Shown piece by piece: positions 56,499 through 64,000 of a stretch of DNA of 64,000 bases. Numbering within the stretch: position 1 is the first letter of the stretch; each line of letters opens with the position of its first letter. A program made the position numbers and the translations under genes. Where the stretch lies: the NCBI GenBank assembly GCA_964016885.1, contig OZ024756.1, positions 6,882,001 through 6,946,000 of the forward strand. The letters run 5' to 3'. The notes below the pieces were generated by a model. It was not told where the DNA came from. It did no database searches and saw only the letters and a program-made list of their open reading frames with translations. This DNA is from Eledone cirrhosa. Its lineage: Eukaryota.

Positions 56499-59400
56499 CT
56501 ATAGGCGCATGGTCAGAGTAGGCCCATTCACACGAGCCATTCTCGCCACATTCACCCACCTTTTAGCAAATGTACTGGGGGGCAGCACTTCTCTCTCCAC
56601 CCTCACCCTCCTTTCCAGGTGAAACTTGAAGAAGTTGATGAGGGATTGGCCGAAGAGAAAAGTGTCTGTCTTTAGTCCTTTCAACCTTGTCCACCATATA
56701 ATCTCTTTCTCAACTGCCACAAGGCAGAGGAAAATGTCCTGCTCTTCCTGACCTCTCCGAGTGCGTCATCGCACCTGCCCACCACTAATCCTCTATAGAA
56801 ATCGAGAGTGGAAGTTCCACTGATCGCATTGCCCGCTTGGTAGAGGGCAGTGAGTGACTGGCAACATTCCAGGTGCCAGTCACCCAGTCTCGGTCTCTTC
56901 TTGACCCAGGACTGCAGCTCAGTCAAAGAAATGAGCTGCGGAAAGGCCCGTCTGATAAACGGCGACCACACCTGTTCACCATTGAGGCAGAATATCTGGA
57001 GATGTCGCAGCCTCAACGCATGTCTGCGCATCATTAGCCACGGCATGCCCAGCCCTCCGCGTAGAGGGTGCTGGCAGCAGATGGACCGCCTCACCAACGG
57101 AACTTGTCCCCTCCACAAGAATTTGAAGAGGAGCCGTTCCAACTTGACGAGGCGCGGACGGGGGCAAGGCACGACGGTTAGGCGGTAATAGATGACGGAC
57201 GCGATGTACGCATTCGCCACCTCCGCGCGACCTTACAGTGATAGCTTCCTCCCAGCCCATTTTTGGGTGAGACTGGCTACTCTGCTCGTTACCTCGTCCC
57301 AATTCTTTTCCACCTGGAGGTCTGGTCCCAACCAAACCCCGAGCAACTTTACTGGTCCGTCCGTCCAGCGCCCCACGACGCTGTTGGACGGCATGGGCTT
57401 GCCTCTCCAGGTTCCGAGCTGCAAGCCCACCGACTTTTCCGGGTTAAGTTTGCCTCCTGTCAACCTTTCATATTCCTTCAATAAGGTGCCGACCACCTCG
57501 ATTTCTGAGGTGTTCGACACCATCACGGTGATGTCGTCCGCATAAGCCGACACCGCCTTTCCACGTCCCGGTTCGAGCGGGATGCCCTGCAACAGCTCCA
57601 GCTTCCGCAGTAAAGGCTCGAGAGTCAATACGTATAGAAGGGAAGAGAGAGGGCACCCTTGACGGACCGATCGGGAGAGCCGAAATGGTTCCGAGAGGTG
57701 GCCATTAACCTTGACCACCGAGCGTGTGCCGCTGTGCATTGCAACGATCCAGCTTCTAAAGACAGGGCCGAAGCCAGCTGCTTTGAGGACAAACTCCAGA
57801 TACCGATGGTCGACCCTATCGAATGCTTTCGATTGATCTAAATTGATCAGTGCCCCACCGAAGCCAGGTTTACACCCTATCCTCTCTATGATGTATCGCA
57901 TGAGGTGGAGATTGTCGTGTATGGACCTGGCTGGGATTGCGCAAGTTTGCGCCTCCCCAACCAAATCCTCGACGACAAGCGCCAATCTCTTTGCTAACAC
58001 CTTGGCCAAAATCTTAAACTCTGTGTTGAGCAGAGTTATGGGCCTGAAGTTGTCTAATGTATCCCTCTTGTTCTCGTCTTTCCTTATCAGCGTCACCACT
58101 CCCCTGCTCACAGAACTGGGAATACTCCCATTCTGCTGCCAGTTACAGTAGAGTGCTTCGAGGAGTTCGGAGAACAAGTCTGGCATATTTACGTAAAGCT
58201 CGTAGGGCAGGCCATCCAAACTGGGTGACTTGCGCCTCATGCAGCCGACAAGGGCGTCCTGAATTTCGGCTGAAGTAATCGGCCTTTCGTAGCGCTCAGC
58301 GTCGACCGTCGAGATGCGCGGCAAGCCGTCAAGGTAGGGATTGAAATCCGCTACTCTCTCTGACTCGCCACTCTCCCCGAACAACCGAGCACAGTGCTGG
58401 CGAAAGGCCTCACACATCCGCTTGGAATCGCTTATCTCGTGTCCGTCTCGGTCCGCCAAAGACCGAATTGTGGTTTTATTACCACGCTGCGCCTCCGCCA
58501 CGCGGGCCCATCGAACAGCTTTAGTTCCCTCGTTTCTCAGAGCACGCACCTTAGCTCTGACAATGCAACCTTCGTGTTTGGCATTGAAGAAATGGTCTAA
58601 TGCCATTCTCGCCGCTAGCACGTCAGTTGCGATGCCACTACAAATAGCCTCGTCTAACTTATCTACCAGCTCCCCCTCCTTTCTATTTTTCTCTAACGCT
58701 AGTTCTTTGCTGAACTCTATCGAAGTTACTCTAATCTCTCTTTTGAGAGCCCCCCACCATCTGTTGTTGATGATCCCTCCTGTCAACTTTTGCTTAACTA
58801 ACTTATTGACTCGGTCCCTGTAAGCCTTACGTGCCGGAAATGACATGTTCAGCTTCCAGTAACCCGGTCCTAACCTACGCGTTTTATTTAGGTCGACCGT
58901 ACAGATCACAAATTTGTGATCTGAATAGGCGACCGTTTTAAAAAGTGGACAGCCCACACTATTTCTATCTATTTTCCTAATGAAGATTCTGTCTATATAC
59001 GATCTAGATGACCCCATTCGGTTGGTCCATGTCCATACTGGCACATTGGGGAAATCTAGTCGATACCTGTCAGACAGTTGGAACTGACTGAGTAGGTGCT
59101 TGAGGCTTTTGCACCCCCCGCTCCTATCGGCTACTCCCACACAATCCCAGCATGCGTCTAAGATGCCATTCCAGTCCCCCGCTAACAGTAAAGGGCGAGA
59201 CGTACCCGGAAAGGTCTCCAGGCGCCTAAAGAAGTCAGGTCGTCCGGCCCCTGTAGGGGCGTAGACGGCCAGCAGTCTAAAGGCACCACCTTCGCTACTG
59301 CTCACTTCCAAGACCACCAATTTACCGTCCGGGTCCCGGAAGATCGACCATACCTCGAGATCCAGTCCTTTCCTAAACAGCACTGCCACCCCACCCCCCA

Positions 59401-59596
59401 TTCCCGGCCTGCTAACAGATGCGAAGATCTGATAGTCGTCGAAAATGGGGGCTAGTGCACGCGTGTCGGAAATTCTGGTCTCGCTTACGGCAATCACATC
59501 CATTTCCAGCGACCGGAGGTCGTTGAGCAGGCGACCCTGCTTCCAGGGTGACCCCAGGCCGCGAACATTTAAACTTCCTACTCTTAATATGGCCAT
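56499..59596 (-). pseudogene. Disrupted ORF2: apurinic-like endonuclease + reverse transcriptase
   Basis: SLNVRG, SET, GDWN, IDRIF, SDH (APE); FRPITLLN, LDQSKAFDRV, RQGCPLS, YADD (RT). In-frame TAA at 57233-57235 (LSL*GRAEVA); frame change near 56750 with no C-terminal CCHC visible, suggesting a deletion. Confidence 0.92.
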
Positions 59597-59605
59597 ATTG
59601 GTAAG

Positions 59606-60172
59606 CTAAGAGAGAGAGAGGGAAGGTTTACTTACCTCCCGGGTCTTTTGAAGGTCGGGTGGTTCGACCTCCATGGTTGGTGGGGTTTCTTTTGGGAACC
59701 CCTTTAAAAGTCTTGATGTGGGTTTCACATTCGGATTTCCCACGTCTTGAGGAAAGCTCTCTCGAATTTCTTTGAAAGAATTGAGTGACATTCGGACCAG
59801 AAGCAAATTTTCTGGCACGCAAAATGTGCTCATTTCAAAAATCTCCCCCTCTGTTTGAATGTCCTCGCTTCGCGCTAAGAGGGCCATCAGTTTATCGTTG
59901 GCCCTTCTGACAAGCACGAAGTTTTTAACATTTTGTTGGTGTGGTTTTATTTGTTTTCGTTTTGGTGAAGGTGGTGGCGATGGTTTTGGTGGTGTTGTTT
60001 CGGGTATGTCTATGTTTGTTGTAGGTGTGGTGTCTGCAATTTCAGGTATTTGTGTGTTTATTTGTACTTGTGTTTGTTTAGGTTGTTTGCGTTTCGGGGA
60101 TTGTGGAGGTGGTGTCGATGTTGCTGATGGTGCTGATGTTATTGGGGAAGTGTCTGCGTTAGTGATGTCTGT
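59606..60172 (-). CDS. C-terminal part of LINE ORF1 (5'-truncated, Pro/Thr-rich)
   Basis: Frame is open from 60172 to the stop at 59606, 9 nt before the ORF2 ATG. Confidence 0.65.
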   Translation of the reverse strand, partial: TDITNADTSPITSAPSATSTPPPQSPKRKQPKQTQVQINTQIPEIADTTPTTNIDIPETTPPKPSPPPSPKRKQIKPHQQNVKNFVLVRRANDKLMALLARSEDIQTEGEIFEMSTFCVPENLLLVRMSLNSFKEIRESFPQDVGNPNVKPTSRLLKGFPKETPPTMEVEPPDLQKTREVSKPSLSLS

Positions 60173-60186
60173 AAATAATAATAATA

Positions 60187-60278
60187 ATTGTTTCTACTTT
60201 TGGCACAAGGCCAGCAATTACCCAGTACATTACTGGTACTTTATTTTATCAACCCCGTAAGGATGAAAGGCAAAGTTA
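60187..60278 (-). mobile_element. SINE family 1, 3' half
   Basis: Core plus an (ATT)n tail that abuts the LINE truncation point. Confidence 0.8.
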
Positions 60279-60789
60279 ATAATATATTTTATATGCCACA
60301 ATGGCACTGATGAGGAGCAATTAGAAAGACAATTTACGTAAGCTGGGGTATTTTATACAATTATCGGTTGCAGAAAATATGATGAATCCTCAGTACATAT
60401 TCTAATTATAAACAATCTTCTTCACTGACTAAAACTTATGAGGGCCCCACCAGACTTCACAATCTTAAAGGTTACTAGATACCTCCCCTAATCTACCATA
60501 GCCTTCTAGTTCTATACAGACGCTTAAATTGATTAAATATAGAAATATTGCAAGAGTAAAATGAGGCAAACCAATCTTAGTATGGTCCCTATTGATCATC
60601 AAGTTTATAGTATTTCATAGAATGTCAGGCTTCTTGTTCTTAGAGACACTCTACATATTTCACTAGCCCCGTATAAATTTAAAATCTAAAAAATGTGCAT
60701 AAAGGAAAAAAAGTACGGTACAATATTTACAAAAAAGAGATAGAATAAAATGTTCTTAGGAATGGAAAGAAATCGTTCATTATTAAGAA

Positions 60790-60972
60790 TGGGCGATGGA
60801 TTGGCAGTATCGGTAGAGGGTCAGACACCATGCTTTGACGCATAGAATTACGGTCCTTGCCATTCTGAGTTCAAATCCCGCCGAGGTTAACTTCGCCTTT
60901 CGGGGTGGATAAAATAAAGTACCAGTAATACACTGGTTACTTGCTGGCCTTGTGCCAAAAGTAGAAACAATT
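60790..60972 (+). mobile_element. SINE family 1
   Basis: A/B boxes; small deletion in the core. Confidence 0.82.
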
Positions 60973-61493
60973 ATTAAGAATGAGGTAATGAAGTTTGTGT
61001 GACCATTGAGAAGGATTATAGTAAATAGTTATCATCCTTTTTAAGACGGCCTGTACAAGGAGGGCCTTATACAAAATGATTTTTTTATTTTTATTTACAA
61101 ATTTTGAAATATTCTTTTTAACTCTTTACCATTTACATTACTCTATATTTACTATTATATTTTCATGCTAAATACTTTACCTCACATAATTATCTCACAT
61201 AATATCAAATCTATGAGATTTTGATATTACTTCTTTTGAAAACAATAACTTAACATCACTATGAGCGGCCGGTTACAGCCGGTTTGAAAAGAAAGAGGTG
61301 AGAGAATTCCGGCCGGATATGGGCGGTTTAAATGCATAAGGGTTAAGTTACCTAGAAATGCTAGGTTTTTACCTGAAACAACTTTGTGGATTACTCAACA
61401 ACATCCATTTTAATACATTATTTTACATCTTTTGAGTCTGGAAGAGATGCATCTTTACAGACAAAATAATTCCAGACAATTGGTCCAACACAA

Positions 61494-62027
61494 TACGAGT
61501 GTGTGTGTGTGGGGGGGGGGGCTTCAAAAAGATCGTGGACAAAGGAGATTTGGAAAAAACAGTTTAAGTTATGATGTTTTTTTTTTTTAACATATGTTCC
61601 TATAGGTCATTACACTTCTGCAAGTGTTGATACCAGCCTTTAAGTGTTTCTGTGTAAAGCTGAGGGCCATTCGATTTAAACCATGTCAAAGCAGCTTTTT
61701 TTACATATTCAACCTCATCAAATCCACTTCTAAAACGACTTATCTATTTGTAGCTTGTTGACTTCTTTGGGACATTGTCCCCATAAACTTGCTCCAGAGT
61801 GTCAATGATTTGGTTGCCCTTCCACCCTAGTTTCACCATGAATTTGATGTTTTGATGGAAGCCATGTGGCTTGAGCTGGTGCTGACTTCCGACTGGTGGC
61901 ACCACGTTACAACATAACATGTTATGACACGTTAGTACGAGAACGTACCGGTGCATTGAGATCAGAGTCCCTGCATATCATTTTCAGCTAAGTACTTTAT
62001 CCACGAACGTTTAGATGCCACCTCATA
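61494..62027 (-). mobile_element. Internally deleted mariner DNA transposon
   Basis: N-terminal HTH (IKFMVKLGWKGNQIIDTLEQVYGDNVPKKSTSYK*ISRFRSG) joined directly to the C-terminal VKKAALTWF...LKGWYQHLQKC; degenerate TIRs with TA ends. Confidence 0.75.
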
Positions 62028-62451
62028 TAAATACTAATGAATCAGACCAGCTATGCCATATGAAATATGGAAAGCAACTGTATCCCTCCAAAGCAAATGT
62101 ATTCCCCCAAAGGCAGTCATATACCGATTAGATTAATCTTACAAACACCCCACATTATCAACCTTACATTTTTGGCCAAGTTCTGACTCTATTAACAAAT
62201 ATTTTAAACGAAATTACTAATGATTATAGGAAGATGTGCCCAAGCTATTATAAGCAAAGGAAAATTAACTGCAACTTAAAATCTTCACGTGAGACATAAA
62301 CACTGAAAAGAGTTAATTATAGTAGAACCACCCACTCAAATATTTAGGAGTTGAAGCTGGTGAAACCGATGAAATACATAACACAAATAAACAAGAATGA
62401 AAATTGAAACTACCCTATAGACATACTTAAAAGTGAAATTAACGAAACAAG

Positions 62452-64000
62452 ATAGTAGACATACAGAAGTTAGCTGCAGCCCTAGTAATAAACTATATCT
62501 CACCACCAGAAACATAGTAGACATATACAAGTTAGGTGCAGTCCTAGTAATAAACTATATCTCACCACCAGAAACATAGTAGACATATACAAGTTAGGTG
62601 CAGTCCTAGTAATAAACTATATCTCACCACCAGAAACATAGTAGACATATACAAGTTAGGTGCAGTCCTAGTAATAAACTATATCTCACCACCAGAAACA
62701 TAGTAGACATATACAAGTTAGCTGCAGTCCTAGTAATAAACTATATCTCACCACCAGAAACATAGTAGACATATACAAGTTAGCTGCAGTCCTAGTAATA
62801 AACTATATCTCACCACCAGAAACATAGTAGACATATACAAGTTAGCTGCAGTCCTAGTAATAAACTATATCTCACCACCAGAAACATAGTAGACATATAC
62901 AAGTTAGCTGCAGTCCTAGTAATAAACTATATCTCACCACCAGAAACATAGTAGACATATACAAGTTAACTACAGTCCTGGTAATAAACTATATCTCACC
63001 ACCAGAAACATAGTAGATATACAGAGGTTAGCTGCAGTCCTAGTAATAAACTATATCTCACCACCAGAAACATAGTAGACATATACAAGTTAGCTGCAGT
63101 GCTAGTAATAAACTATATCTCACCACCAGAAACATAGTAGATATACAGAGGTTAGCTGCAGTCCTAGTAATAAACTATATCTCACCACCAGAAACATAGT
63201 AGACATATACAAGTTAGCTGCAGTCCTAGTAATAAACTATATCTCACCACCAGAAACATAGTAGACATATACAAGTTAGCTGCAGTCCTAGTAATAAACT
63301 ATATCTCACCACCAGAAACATAGTAGACATATACAAGTTAGCTGCAGTCCTAGTAATAAACTATATCTCACCACCAGAAACATAGTAGACATATACAAGT
63401 TAACTACAGTCCTAGTAATAAACTATATCTCACCACCAGAAACATAGTAGACATATACAAGTTAACTACAGTCCTAGTAATAAACTATATCTCACCACCA
63501 GAAACATAGTAGACATATACAAGTTAGCTGCAGTCCTAGTAATAAACTATATCTCACCACCAGAAACATAGTAGACATATACAAGTTAACTACAGTCCTA
63601 GTAATAAACTATATCTCACCACCAGAAACATAGTAGACATATACAAGTTAACTACAGTCCTAGTAATAAACTATATCTCACCACCAGAAACATAGTAGAC
63701 ATATACAAGTTAACTACAGTCCTAGTAATAAACTATATCTCACCACCAGAAACATAGTAGACATATACAAGTTAACTACAGTCCTAGTAATAAACTATAT
63801 CTCACCACCAGAAACATAGTAGACATATACAAGTTAGCTGCAGTCCTAGTAATAAACTATATCTCACCACCAGAAACATAGTAGACATATACAAGTTAAC
63901 TACAGTCCTAGTAATAAACTATATCTCACCACCAGAAACATAGTAGACATATACAAGTTAGCTGCAGTCCTAGTAATAAACTATATCTCACCACCAGAAA
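62452..64000. repeat. 62-bp tandem minisatellite, about 25 copies, runs off the window end
   Basis: Unit cagtcctagtaataaactatatctcaccaccagaaacatagtagacatatacaagttagctg; highly homogeneous. Confidence 0.97.

Larger units (their letters stand above)
56222..60172 (-). mobile_element. 5'-truncated Tx1/L1-clade LINE
   Basis: ORF1 tail, ORF2 (APE+RT) and 3' UTR with AATAAA; (AAT)n on both flanks. Confidence 0.92.

Noticed and set aside
58341-58823. Plus-strand ORFs over the LINE
   Set aside because: Antisense shadows of ORF2.
61119-61345. piggyBac-like MITE (ttaactctt ... aagggttaa)
   Set aside because: The terminal match is too short to support without other copies.
62452-64000. Possible CRISPR array
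   Set aside because: Whole units repeat with no unique spacers; eukaryotic context; no cas genes.

Overview
Repeat-dense, AT-rich eukaryotic (metazoan) non-coding DNA. The SINE families and the extreme (AT)n/(CATA)n load suggest a mollusc, probably a cephalopod, which is an inference. No host protein-coding gene could be recognised, and nearly all ORFs in the supplied track are microsatellite artefacts. Recognisable mobile DNA: a 5'-truncated, disrupted Tx1/L1-clade LINE (56.2-60.2 kb, APE+RT); a head-to-head fusion of a Tx1 3' end with an R4/Dong-type RLE 3' end (46.2-47.5 kb); CR1-group and RTE LINE remnants; a bipartite RTE-derived element in two copies; two tRNA-SINE families; an internally deleted mariner; a small hAT-like MITE; and 62-bp and ~60-bp minisatellites. 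The main hidden signal is a dense population of type I hammerhead ribozyme motifs. About 20 were read by eye, from roughly ten sequence families. They sit inside short non-coding elements that are typically inserted in (TA)n tracts and arranged as fold-back inverted repeats and/or partial tandem, circularly permuted 320-630 nt units. One element retains the C-terminus of a Penelope-like GIY-YIG endonuclease. Together these point to a Penelope-driven, microsatellite-associated family of retrozyme-like elements, with stem covariation and U3-A8 core variants suggesting selection for ribozyme function. All RNA structures were assigned by manual inspection and have not been computed or tested.
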